Below are positions 18,950-28,160 of a stretch of 64,000 nt of DNA, piece after piece; positions within the stretch are counted from its first letter, which is position 1, and each line of letters starts with the position of its first letter. The DNA is taken from positions 248,012 through 312,011 of the forward strand of contig JAJDCG010000001.1 in NCBI GenBank assembly GCA_029260965.1, in the 5' to 3' direction. A program made the translations under genes and the position numbers. The notes under the pieces are model-generated. The model did not search any database, was not told the DNA's origin, and saw nothing but the letters and a program-made list of their open reading frames with translations. This DNA is from Candidatus Levyibacteriota bacterium. Lineage in GTDB: Bacteria; Patescibacteriota; Microgenomatia; Levybacterales; UBA12049.

Positions 18950-20428
18950 ATGGCTAAGAATGAATCAGCAAAGGAAGACTCAAATCAATATTTCCCCCCT
19001 GTCATAACAGTGCTTGGTCATGTTGACCACGGTAAAACCACACTTTTGGATGCTGTGCGTAAAACCTCAATAGCAGATCGTGAAAAAGGTGGCATTACTC
19101 AGAAAATCGGTGCATCCGAGGTCGAGATAGAGCACGAAGGCAAGAAACGTAAGATTACTTTTATTGATACTCCAGGTCACGAGGCATTTACAAAAATGCG
19201 TGGACATGGAGTGAACGTATCTGATGTCAGTCTTCTAATTGTCGCTGCAACAGACGGTGTAAAACCACAAACAAAAGAGAGTATCCAAATCCTTCAGGAT
19301 TCAGGTACTCCATTTATAGTTGTGATTACCAAGGTAGATATGCCTCATCAAAATATCAACGATGTCAAGCAGAGTATTGTTCGTGAAGGCGTGATGCTTG
19401 AAGGATTAGGTGGAGATGTACCTGTCATAGAGATATCTGCAAAAACAGGCCAAAATATCAAGGAATTGCTCGATTTGATACTTTTGGTTTTTGATCTTCA
19501 CAAACCAGCAGACTATTTTGAAAAAATCTCTAAATCTGCCCCTGTCTCAGCGGTTGTTATTGAGTCAAAGCTTGATACACGAGTGGGACCCAAAGCAGCA
19601 GTTGTTGTTAAGAATGGTGTACTAAAAGTCCGCGAAGAAGTGCAAATCGAGGGCGAGGTATTTAAAATCCGCTCACTCATGGACGATCGGGGCAAGCAAC
19701 TGTTGTCAGCATGTGCAGGTCAGGCTGTGGAGGTATTCGGGTTCAAGCAAGTGCCTCCTGTAGGTGGTGTTATTACCGATAAATCGGTAAAAGTAGAAAA
19801 GAGGTCGTCTGTGAAGGATGAGCCACTTGCTAAAACTGCAATTTATACAAAAAAAGAAGAACACAAAGGTTTATCTGTTATTTTGGTTGCGGATACACTT
19901 GGCTCGCTTGAAGCTATTACTAGTTCCCTACCTGATGGTGTAAAGATTGTTTTACAAAAAACAGGCGAGGTAACTGATGCTGATGTTGTCCTTGCCAAAT
20001 CAACGGGTAGTATAGTGCTTAGTTTTGGCACAAAAATAAAACCTGATATTACAAAATTGGCAATGAATGAGAAAGTTCTTCTCAGAAATTATGAAGTTAT
20101 TTATGAACTGATAGACGAGATTAAAGATGCACAGGAAGGAAAACTGGCCTCACAAATGGAGCAGATTTATGGTGTGGCTCATGTTCTTGCTAAATTCCCC
20201 TATGAAAAGACACAAGCATTAGGTGTAAAAATAGACGATGGTAGATTGGCCAAGGGTGATCGTGTACGCATAATGAGAGGGGATGAGGTTGTGGGAGAAA
20301 ATAGCATCAAGTCTCTCAGGGTTGGGAAAGATACTACATCTAAAGTGGAGGTCGGAAAAGAGGCGGGAGTAGTACTTGCAAAAGAACTTGACATTTTGGT
20401 AGGAGATGTGATACTATCCCATAGTTAA
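18950..20428 (+). CDS. infB: Translation initiation factor IF-2, short form
   Basis: G domain with PPVITVLGHVDHGKTTLLDAVRKT, DTPGHEAF and the NKVD-like VITKVD motif, followed by C-terminal beta-barrel domains. The N-terminal domains are missing, so the protein is only about 492 aa. The track ORF starts at a TTG at 18908; the ATG at 18950 is preferred. Confidence 0.9.
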   Translation: MAKNESAKEDSNQYFPPVITVLGHVDHGKTTLLDAVRKTSIADREKGGITQKIGASEVEIEHEGKKRKITFIDTPGHEAFTKMRGHGVNVSDVSLLIVAATDGVKPQTKESIQILQDSGTPFIVVITKVDMPHQNINDVKQSIVREGVMLEGLGGDVPVIEISAKTGQNIKELLDLILLVFDLHKPADYFEKISKSAPVSAVVIESKLDTRVGPKAAVVVKNGVLKVREEVQIEGEVFKIRSLMDDRGKQLLSACAGQAVEVFGFKQVPPVGGVITDKSVKVEKRSSVKDEPLAKTAIYTKKEEHKGLSVILVADTLGSLEAITSSLPDGVKIVLQKTGEVTDADVVLAKSTGSIVLSFGTKIKPDITKLAMNEKVLLRNYEVIYELIDEIKDAQEGKLASQMEQIYGVAHVLAKFPYEKTQALGVKIDDGRLAKGDRVRIMRGDEVVGENSIKSLRVGKDTTSKVEVGKEAGVVLAKELDILVGDVILSHS

Positions 20429-20437
20429 ACTGACTAT

Positions 20438-21517
20438 ATGGATAACCAAATAGGACAAAAGTTGAAGGATTTAATCGCTTCAGGCACAAGTTTTGGTGTC
20501 GCAGTTGGCTCAGACCCTACTCTTGATGAGATGGGGGCAGCACTTTCTCTGTATCTGATGCTTAAAAACGCAGGTAAAGAAGTGTCTATAGCATCGCCCA
20601 CAGACCCCATTGTTGAAGTTTCATCTTTAGTCGGAGTCGATAAAGTAAAAAAAACCCTTGGTGGTGGATCAGGTGGCGATCTTACGGTCTCGTTTCCATA
20701 CACTGAGGGAGAAATCGAAAAGGTTTCATATACTCAGGAAGAGGGTTTTCTCAATATTATAGTTAAAGCAGGAGAGGGTGGTCTTTCGTTTGGTGAAAAA
20801 GATGTGAAATTCACAAGGGGTGGTGGGGCGCTTGATGCAGTGTTTGTTATCGGCACGCCGTATCTTGCTGAGGTTGACAGTCTGTTTGATACAGAAAATC
20901 CTGATATAAAGATTATAAATATTGACAATAAGCAGGAAAACGAAGGTTATGGAGATGTGGTGCTTGTTGCAAGTAGACTCTCATCTGTAAGTGAGGGAGT
21001 AGCTGATTTGGCGCTCGTTTTGGGTCTTAATATTGATGCTGATTCAGCACAAAATTTACTTAATGGTATAACATATGCTACTGGGAATTTCCAGAATAAA
21101 AATACATCTCCGCTTGCTTTTGAGATGGTATCGCTTTTGATGAAGAAAGGTGCTGTTCGCGAGGTTCCCGAAAGTGCGACAAAAGGTATAAGTATGATGG
21201 GACAAAGAGATGACAGAAAGTTCCAAAACAGGAATCAACCACAGAACCGTAACCAGTCATCGCAGAGACAGGATGGTCAGAGGAAATCTGACATTAGGCA
21301 AAGTCGTGGTGGATTTGAGCAAAAACTTCAGGAAAGAGTAAGGCAGGAGAGAGATCGTGAAGCAAGACAAGGGCAGCAGGGCAATAATCCGCCTGGGAAT
21401 AAACCCCAGCCACAAACACAGCCTCGCGTAAGTAACCAACAGGATGCTGATGTCATTGGAGAAGCGCCAATAGATTGGCTCGCACCCAAGGTCTACAAAG
21501 GCTCAAGCGACGTATAG
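20438..21517 (+). CDS. DHH-family (NrnA-like) phosphoesterase homolog, probably catalytically degenerate, with a Q/R-rich tail
   Basis: Lies between infB and rpsO, where rbfA/nrnA-type genes usually sit. The N-terminal fold resembles DHH, but the DHH metal motif is replaced (VAVGSDPTLDEMGAALSL). The C-terminal roughly 110 aa are a Q/R/N-rich low-complexity tail. Confidence 0.4.
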   Translation: MDNQIGQKLKDLIASGTSFGVAVGSDPTLDEMGAALSLYLMLKNAGKEVSIASPTDPIVEVSSLVGVDKVKKTLGGGSGGDLTVSFPYTEGEIEKVSYTQEEGFLNIIVKAGEGGLSFGEKDVKFTRGGGALDAVFVIGTPYLAEVDSLFDTENPDIKIINIDNKQENEGYGDVVLVASRLSSVSEGVADLALVLGLNIDADSAQNLLNGITYATGNFQNKNTSPLAFEMVSLLMKKGAVREVPESATKGISMMGQRDDRKFQNRNQPQNRNQSSQRQDGQRKSDIRQSRGGFEQKLQERVRQERDREARQGQQGNNPPGNKPQPQTQPRVSNQQDADVIGEAPIDWLAPKVYKGSSDV

Positions 21518-21597
21518 CAAATTCCCCTTGTGATAAATTACCGGAAGTGTTATAATGCTTAAAGTTGATAAATAAAAAAGAAATAATTAAGTAAGTT

Positions 21598-21867
21598 ATG
21601 CCGCTAAGTACCGCGCAGAAGCAACAAGTAATTGATGAATATCAGACAGTAAAGGGTGACACCGGTTCTCCTGAGGTGCAAATTGCACTTTTGACAACCC
21701 GTATTACACGTCTTGCTGATCATCTAAAAGAGCACGCGCATGATGTTCATTCAAGACGCGGACTTCTCTCAATGATTGCTAAGAGACGCAGGCTCATAAA
21801 CTTTCTTAAGAAAGTAGATGACAAGAGAGTTAAAGATATATTAGGAAAAATAGGAATGAAGGCTTAG
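21598..21867 (+). CDS. rpsO: 30S ribosomal protein S15
   Basis: 89 aa: LSTAQKQQVIDEYQ...GDTGSPEVQIALLTTRITRLADHLKEHAHDVHSRRGLLSMIAKRRRLINFLKK. Confidence 0.95.
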   Translation: MPLSTAQKQQVIDEYQTVKGDTGSPEVQIALLTTRITRLADHLKEHAHDVHSRRGLLSMIAKRRRLINFLKKVDDKRVKDILGKIGMKA

Positions 21868-21924
21868 GAATGTATTTGGATTAACTTCAACCACATCCAT
21901 AATTAGTCGCAAAATAAATAATTA

Positions 21925-24285
21925 ATGAATAAAAAAACCTCAGTAGACATAGAATTTGGTGGTAAGACACTAATACTTGAAACAGGAGAATTGGCGCCAC
22001 AAGCGACAGCATCAGTGCTGGCTCGTCTTGGTGATACAGTCGTTTTAGCAACAGTTGTTGTTGGAAATCTCAGACCCGATATTGACTATTTCCCGCTAAG
22101 CGTTGATTACGTCGAGAGACTTTATGCAGGGGGGAAAATCAAGGGTAGTCGATGGGTAAAAAGAGAAGGTAGGCCCTCAGATGAAGCAATCCTCGCTGGT
22201 CGCGTGATTGATCGTTCGATTCGCCCACTTTTTCCAAAAGAATTCAAAAACGAGGTTCAGGTAATAGTTACAGTTTTGTCAGTTGATGCAGAGAACGAGC
22301 CTGACATATTAGCTCTCAATGCTGTATCAGCAGCGCTTGCTATTTCAAAAGCACCATGGAATGGTCCAATTGCAGGGGTGAGGATGGGTTATGTAGAAGA
22401 GAATGGTGATCAGGCAGCATTTCTTGCCAATCCTACTGTAAGTCAGGCAGAGCATTCAACCCTTGACATAATTGTTTCCCAAAGCAAAGACAAGACTGTG
22501 ATGATTGAGGCAGGTGCTATGCAGGTTGCTGAAAGCGTGGTATATCAGGCTGTAAAAGATGCGCATGCTGAAACAGCTCGAGTGCTGGATGGGATTGAAA
22601 AACTTGTTAAAAAGGTAGGACAGGAAAAGCTTCCTGTTCCTGAGAATCCGGCTCTTAATGAGGCAGTAGCAATATTTGAAAAATCCTACAAGGCAGAAGT
22701 AAAGAAAATAATTGAGACAAGGGTTGGAAAAGAAGGCGGCGGAGATGAGTCGGGGGAGTTGATTGCAAAGATTCATGAAGATTTGTTGGTGAAAGATCCA
22801 GAAACAAAAATTGATAAAAAGACCCTCGCAAAAGCTCTTGAGAAAGTAATGTTCAAACTCATCAGAGCTGAAACAATATCAAAGAAAAAGAGAGTGGATG
22901 GTCGTGGGCTCGGAGAGATACGTGAGATAACTGGTATGACAGGGATTCTCCCTAGAACTCATGGATCAGCTTTGTTTAATCGGGGAATTACACAGGCACT
23001 TAGTGTTGCTACTCTCGGATCTCCTCGTCTTGAACAGCTTATAGAGTCTGCAGAGGGTGAGGAAACAAAAAGATATATTCATCATTATTCTGGTCTTCCA
23101 TATTCGTTTGGACAGGCAGGACGTATGGGTTTTACCTCGAGACGAGAAATAGGTCACGGAGCTTTAGCAGAGCGTGCTTTGCAGGCAGTTATACCATCAC
23201 AGGATATTTTCCCGTATACAATTCGCGTTGTCTCTGAGGTTCTATCACAAAATGGATCTTCATCAATGGCCAGTACTTGTGGCTCGACACTTGCTCTCAT
23301 GGATGCTGGTGTGCCTATAACTGCTCCAGTTGCTGGTATTTCAGTGGGTATGATGTCTGACGAGAAGGATTATGTGCTCCTTACTGACATCATCGGTCTT
23401 GAGGATTTCTCTGGAGATATGGATTTTAAGGTGGCAGGAACATCAAAAGGCATTACTGCTATTCAATTAGATGTTAAAATTCCAGGTTTAACCCTTGAAC
23501 AGGTTGAGGAAATTCTGGCTCAGGCAAAGGAGGCTAGAGCAATTATTCTTGAAAAAATGGATACAATCATTCCCTCTTCAAGGAAGACTGTATCAGAATA
23601 TGCGCCAAAGATTGAGAGAATCCAAATACCAGTCGATAAAATAGGTGAGATTATAGGTCCCTCTGGCAAGAACATAAAGGCAATTATAGCTCAAACAGGT
23701 GCAGAGGTGGATGTTGATGATAGTGGCATGGTAAGCGTATCAGCTGTGTCTCAGGATTCAGTTCAGGCTGCTGTTGATTGGATATCTGGTATGACACGCG
23801 AGGTCTCAGTCGGCGAGGAATTTGAGGGTACTGTCAAGAGGATTCTTCCGTTTGGAGCATTTGTTGAATACCTACCAGGTCGCGAGGGAATGGTGCATGT
23901 TAGCAAGATGAAAGCAGGCACTTTTGTTAAGGATCCATCTGAAGTGGTTGCAGTAGATGATAAAGTAAAGGTAAAAATAGAAGAGCGTGATCAGCAGGGA
24001 AGAATCAACCTGACAATGATTCTTGATGGCAGTGCTCCATCGGGTGGTGATGCACCACGAGGAGGCAGGGATTTTGGAGGAGATCGAGGAGGCGGTCAGA
24101 GGAGTGAAAGATCATTTGCACCTAGACAGGGTGGATCTTTTAATCGTGCACTAAGGCAGGGTGGATTTGAGAGAAACGATAAATCTGATCATCCTTTGTC
24201 TCAGCAGTTGAGACGAGAAAGTTTTGCCAAACCAGGTGGTGTTGGAACCCGCAAATTCCCCCCGAAAAAAAGATTTAGTAGGTAG
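21925..24285 (+). CDS. pnp: Polynucleotide phosphorylase (PNPase)
   Basis: Two RNase PH domains, a KH domain and an S1 domain (EFEGTVKRILPFGAFVEYLPGREGMVHVSKM). The C-terminal tail is RGG/G-rich. Confidence 0.95.
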   Translation: MNKKTSVDIEFGGKTLILETGELAPQATASVLARLGDTVVLATVVVGNLRPDIDYFPLSVDYVERLYAGGKIKGSRWVKREGRPSDEAILAGRVIDRSIRPLFPKEFKNEVQVIVTVLSVDAENEPDILALNAVSAALAISKAPWNGPIAGVRMGYVEENGDQAAFLANPTVSQAEHSTLDIIVSQSKDKTVMIEAGAMQVAESVVYQAVKDAHAETARVLDGIEKLVKKVGQEKLPVPENPALNEAVAIFEKSYKAEVKKIIETRVGKEGGGDESGELIAKIHEDLLVKDPETKIDKKTLAKALEKVMFKLIRAETISKKKRVDGRGLGEIREITGMTGILPRTHGSALFNRGITQALSVATLGSPRLEQLIESAEGEETKRYIHHYSGLPYSFGQAGRMGFTSRREIGHGALAERALQAVIPSQDIFPYTIRVVSEVLSQNGSSSMASTCGSTLALMDAGVPITAPVAGISVGMMSDEKDYVLLTDIIGLEDFSGDMDFKVAGTSKGITAIQLDVKIPGLTLEQVEEILAQAKEARAIILEKMDTIIPSSRKTVSEYAPKIERIQIPVDKIGEIIGPSGKNIKAIIAQTGAEVDVDDSGMVSVSAVSQDSVQAAVDWISGMTREVSVGEEFEGTVKRILPFGAFVEYLPGREGMVHVSKMKAGTFVKDPSEVVAVDDKVKVKIEERDQQGRINLTMILDGSAPSGGDAPRGGRDFGGDRGGGQRSERSFAPRQGGSFNRALRQGGFERNDKSDHPLSQQLRRESFAKPGGVGTRKFPPKKRFSR

Positions 24286-24287
24286 AA

Positions 24288-24914
24288 TTAAACCTTAATC
24301 TCTTCCCCAGTTTGTAGTCCCAAAAACTTAATATCATTTTGAGTGAAATAATTTTTGAGTCGTGCATAAAAGGCATCTCTTGCTGTAGCATTCCAATGCC
24401 AGTCATGGATTGGTATTATAATTTGAGGTTTTAGCTCTATGGCCTTTTCAATCGCTTGGGTCAAGCTTCCCCAGGGAGCTTGGATAGGTAGGGCTAATAT
24501 TCTGCAGGTTCTTTTAAGTCTCAAATTGTCTCCTGGATGAGTTAGTGTTGAGAATATATTGAACAATGTGTTTTGAAATTGGGGTGCTGCGAAAAGATGT
24601 TCATGTGGTGCATCAATTACTTCTATGAATTCATTCCCTTCAGTCACTGCTTTGATATCTTCCTTTGCCAGGATATCCACAACAGATCGGTTAGTAATAA
24701 TTTGAAGATTGGGAAATTTGGATACCAATTCTTTGATAAATGGTAAATAGAAATGGTCAGGATGTTCGTGAGTAATCAAAAGGTAATCAAGTTGATCAAT
24801 AGCTTGTATCTCAATTCCTTTTTCTTCAACAGAATAGGATCCTGGGTCAATAAGTATTGTTTTACCGTTTTCTTTTATCAGCAGACATGAATGTATATGT
24901 TTTGAAATCTTCAT
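24288..24914 (-). CDS. MBL-fold metallo-hydrolase
   Basis: HxHxDH motif (LITHEHPDHF), 208 aa. Confidence 0.7.
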   Translation of the reverse strand: MKISKHIHSCLLIKENGKTILIDPGSYSVEEKGIEIQAIDQLDYLLITHEHPDHFYLPFIKELVSKFPNLQIITNRSVVDILAKEDIKAVTEGNEFIEVIDAPHEHLFAAPQFQNTLFNIFSTLTHPGDNLRLKRTCRILALPIQAPWGSLTQAIEKAIELKPQIIIPIHDWHWNATARDAFYARLKNYFTQNDIKFLGLQTGEEIKV

Positions 24915-24971
24915 ATAGGTAGTATATCAAAATATCTTTGCATTGATCATCAAATGTAGTAATATAAATAT

Positions 24972-26267
24972 ATGGATCCGACTGCCCAGACACCTGTTAG
25001 TGACTTAAATCAGCAAGGTTCTGACGACCAGGTAGAGCAGGCAAGGGGAGATGTGCCGATGATGGGACAGATCGGTCAGAGCGTGACTGATGCTGAGGCA
25101 CTTAAGGCGGTTGATGATGTAAATAAGTCTCAGATTATTCACAACGACACAACACAGAGCGAAACACAAAATACCCAGGGGCAACAATCTATTACTGATC
25201 ATGGAAAATCTTCTGATCAGATTCGCGCATTGGGTGAGAAAATAGAAAATGCAGCAATACCGCAGGAGTTTAAGGCAGAGTTACTAGACCGTATCGCGCG
25301 TCTTGGGATGATCCGTTCGAGTGCTGGCTTTCTTTCTAGTACATATATCATGGAGTATGAATCAACTTCTCGCTTCGTGAATTGGGTTGTAGAGATGCCA
25401 TGGGACAAAAAGAGTGATGATTTACTGGATCTTAGTAAGGCCAAGGAAATAATGGATAAGAATCATCATGGTTTAGAACCTTTGAAAAAAAGAGTTCTTG
25501 AATATATAGCATCTCTCATGCTTAATATTAAAAATTATGGTAGTGAGGCACATTTAGTAAAGGCACCAATTCTGTGCGTGGTGGGATTGGCTGGTACTGG
25601 TAAGACTACGTTTGCTCGTTCTATGGCTGAGGCTTTGGGTCGCCAGTTTGAGCGAATACCGTTTGGTGGCATGGCTGATTCGAGAGTTTTACGGGGCCAG
25701 TCGAGATATTTTCCAGATGCAGAGCCTGGGCAGATTATAAAAAAGATGGTTCATGCAGGAACAAATAATCCTGTGATTCTTCTTGACGAGCTGGATCGTG
25801 TCACCGACACTTCACGGGCTAACATAATGGGTGTTCTTATTGAAATACTTGATCCAGAGCAAAACGTAAGATTTACAGATCATTATGTTGATTATCCTTT
25901 TAGTCTCCAGAATACACTTTTTATCGCAACAGCCAATAATGTCTCGAGTGTCTCGACCGCTGTTTTGGACAGACTTGAAATAATTCAGATGCCTTCATAT
26001 AATGATGAGGAGAAAATTGCCATTGGTCGAGACTTTGTATTACCTAAAACTATGAAAATGACAGGACTTCTCCAGAATCAGATGACGATCGCACCAGAGG
26101 TTTGGGGACCATTAGTCAGACCGCTTGGTTATGATCCTGGTATTCGTGGCCTTGAGAGAATTATAACAGGTATGTGCCGTAAGGCAGCAACTGTTATAAT
26201 TTCGGGTCAGGCACAGACTGTTTCGATAACCAATGAAAACGTGAAGCAGTTTCTGCCAGAATGGTAA
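24972..26267 (+). CDS. Lon-like AAA+ ATPase module lacking both the LON N-domain and the S16 peptidase domain
   Basis: Strong similarity to the Lon ATPase region: GLEPLKKRVLEYIA, Walker A VGLAGTGKTTFARSMAEALGRQF, ILLDELDRV, EILDPEQNVRFTDHYVDYPFSLQNTLFIATANN and LDRLEIIQMPSYNDEEKIAIGRDFVLPK. The ORF stops at the end of the alpha-helical subdomain (GIRGLERIITGMCRKAA...). The N-terminus is Q/T-rich low complexity. Confidence 0.7.
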   Translation: MDPTAQTPVSDLNQQGSDDQVEQARGDVPMMGQIGQSVTDAEALKAVDDVNKSQIIHNDTTQSETQNTQGQQSITDHGKSSDQIRALGEKIENAAIPQEFKAELLDRIARLGMIRSSAGFLSSTYIMEYESTSRFVNWVVEMPWDKKSDDLLDLSKAKEIMDKNHHGLEPLKKRVLEYIASLMLNIKNYGSEAHLVKAPILCVVGLAGTGKTTFARSMAEALGRQFERIPFGGMADSRVLRGQSRYFPDAEPGQIIKKMVHAGTNNPVILLDELDRVTDTSRANIMGVLIEILDPEQNVRFTDHYVDYPFSLQNTLFIATANNVSSVSTAVLDRLEIIQMPSYNDEEKIAIGRDFVLPKTMKMTGLLQNQMTIAPEVWGPLVRPLGYDPGIRGLERIITGMCRKAATVIISGQAQTVSITNENVKQFLPEW

Positions 26268-26326
26268 TTTGGAGCTTGGAACATGGTTTGTAGTAACTAA
26301 TTTGTGATATACTACATAGATAAATA

Positions 26327-28051
26327 ATGGAGAAAAATAATCAAAATAATCCTCAAAACCTCTCAAATCAAGATCAGGTAAAATTTGTAGCACTTGGTGG
26401 ACTGGAAGATGTTACACGCAATTTATATCTTTATGAGTATAAAGATGAGATTTTAATCGTTGATTGTGGACTCGGATTTCCTGATGAGACCATGCTTGGC
26501 GTGGATCTACTTCTCCCTGATATTACTTATTTGCTTGATGAAGTTCAGAAAAGGGGTAAAAGGATTGTCGGAATGTTTCTTACGCACGGGCATGAAGACC
26601 ATATCGGAGGAACACCCTTTATACTTCCTCAGCTTATGGATGGCAAAAAGACTCTTCCGTTTAATGTTTACGCATCACCGCTCACTGCAGCACTTACTAA
26701 CGAGAAGATGAAAGAGTTTAATCTTCCCATCCAGGTTCAGACAGTTGAGTTTTCTGATTCGGAGGTTAATGTCGGTTCCTTTAGTGTGAACTTTATTCGC
26801 GTTACTCATTCAGTTCCAGATAGTGCTAATTTTTTTATCAAGACACCTGCAGGTAATTTTTTCCATGGAAGCGATTTCAAATTTGATCTAACACCACATG
26901 ATGGCAAGAGAACAGAGTTTGAAAAAATTAATAAAGCAGCACAGGAGGGTGTGATCTGTCTTATGTCTGATTGTCTAGGATCTGATAGATCAGGACATTC
27001 CCTGTCTGAAAAATCCCTCACGAAAAATTTTGAACGGGTTATGCTTGATACTGAGGGTAAATTCATTATCACAACTTATTCATCAAATATTGCTAGGTTA
27101 AATCAGGTAATTGAGGCGTCTGAAAAATTGGGTAGAAAAGTTTGTTTTGTCGGCAGGTCTGTGCACAAAGTTAAAGAAGTAGGTATGAGACTGGGTTATT
27201 TTAATATTAAACCAAATACTGAGATAGACGTTAAAGATGTCGGTAAGTATAAGTCAAATCAGTTAACGCTTGTGGTTGCTGGATCCCAGGGTCAGGAGAA
27301 CTCGGCAATGACGAGGATTGCAAATGGCGAACACAGAGAGATCAGGCTTGATCCTCAAGATAGCGTGGTGTTTTCATCCGAGATAATACCTGGCAATGAA
27401 ATAGCTGTTAGTTCACTCGTTAATGCTATTGCTAAAAAGGGCGCAAAAGTAGTGACATCTGATCCACCAGGTTCGTATCATGTATCAGGTCATGGTTCAG
27501 AGGGTGATCATGAACTTTTGGCTGCGCTTTTGAAGCCTCGGTTCCTGCTGCCGATAAGTGGTACATACAAACATATGAATTTTTACCGTGAAATGGCGAT
27601 AAAGATGGGCTATGCTCGAAAAGATGTTTTTTTGGTAGAAAATGGTCAGGAAATGATGTTTGAAAAAAATAGAATGCGTTTAGGAAAAAAAGCAGGGATT
27701 AAGAATGTCTTTGTAGATCAAGTGTCAGGAGAAGAAGTAGACAGTTTTGTTATTCGCGATCGCACACGTCTTGCAAAAGAGGGCATGGTGATAGTGATGG
27801 CAGAGGTGAGGGCCTCAGATGGGCAATTGGCTGAGAAACCGATTGTGGTTACTAGGGGTGCGACACTTGCTGATTCTAGAGATTTGAGTGATGCCCTTGG
27901 TAGGGAGATTGACAGAATACTTGCTGAGCACAAGGACAAGGTAAATAATTGGGTTCATGTCAGAAAGCTTGTGAATGAGACTGCGCAGAAATTTATCTTC
28001 AAAAAATATCGCTCACGCCCCCTCGTGATGCCCGTAGTAATAGAGGTCTAA
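26327..28051 (+). CDS. rnj: Ribonuclease J (beta-CASP MBL-fold RNase)
   Basis: Motifs LTHGHEDHIGG and the beta-CASP motifs. Length and domain order are typical of RNase J. Confidence 0.85.
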   Translation: MEKNNQNNPQNLSNQDQVKFVALGGLEDVTRNLYLYEYKDEILIVDCGLGFPDETMLGVDLLLPDITYLLDEVQKRGKRIVGMFLTHGHEDHIGGTPFILPQLMDGKKTLPFNVYASPLTAALTNEKMKEFNLPIQVQTVEFSDSEVNVGSFSVNFIRVTHSVPDSANFFIKTPAGNFFHGSDFKFDLTPHDGKRTEFEKINKAAQEGVICLMSDCLGSDRSGHSLSEKSLTKNFERVMLDTEGKFIITTYSSNIARLNQVIEASEKLGRKVCFVGRSVHKVKEVGMRLGYFNIKPNTEIDVKDVGKYKSNQLTLVVAGSQGQENSAMTRIANGEHREIRLDPQDSVVFSSEIIPGNEIAVSSLVNAIAKKGAKVVTSDPPGSYHVSGHGSEGDHELLAALLKPRFLLPISGTYKHMNFYREMAIKMGYARKDVFLVENGQEMMFEKNRMRLGKKAGIKNVFVDQVSGEEVDSFVIRDRTRLAKEGMVIVMAEVRASDGQLAEKPIVVTRGATLADSRDLSDALGREIDRILAEHKDKVNNWVHVRKLVNETAQKFIFKKYRSRPLVMPVVIEV

Positions 28052-28160
28052 CTTGACAACTATAGGCTTTTATGTTAAAGTATTATAAATGTGGTCTTCA
28101 TGTCAGTTTTTACACTTGAATTATTTGCCTACTCAAACTTAAAGTTCTATAATAATCTGT

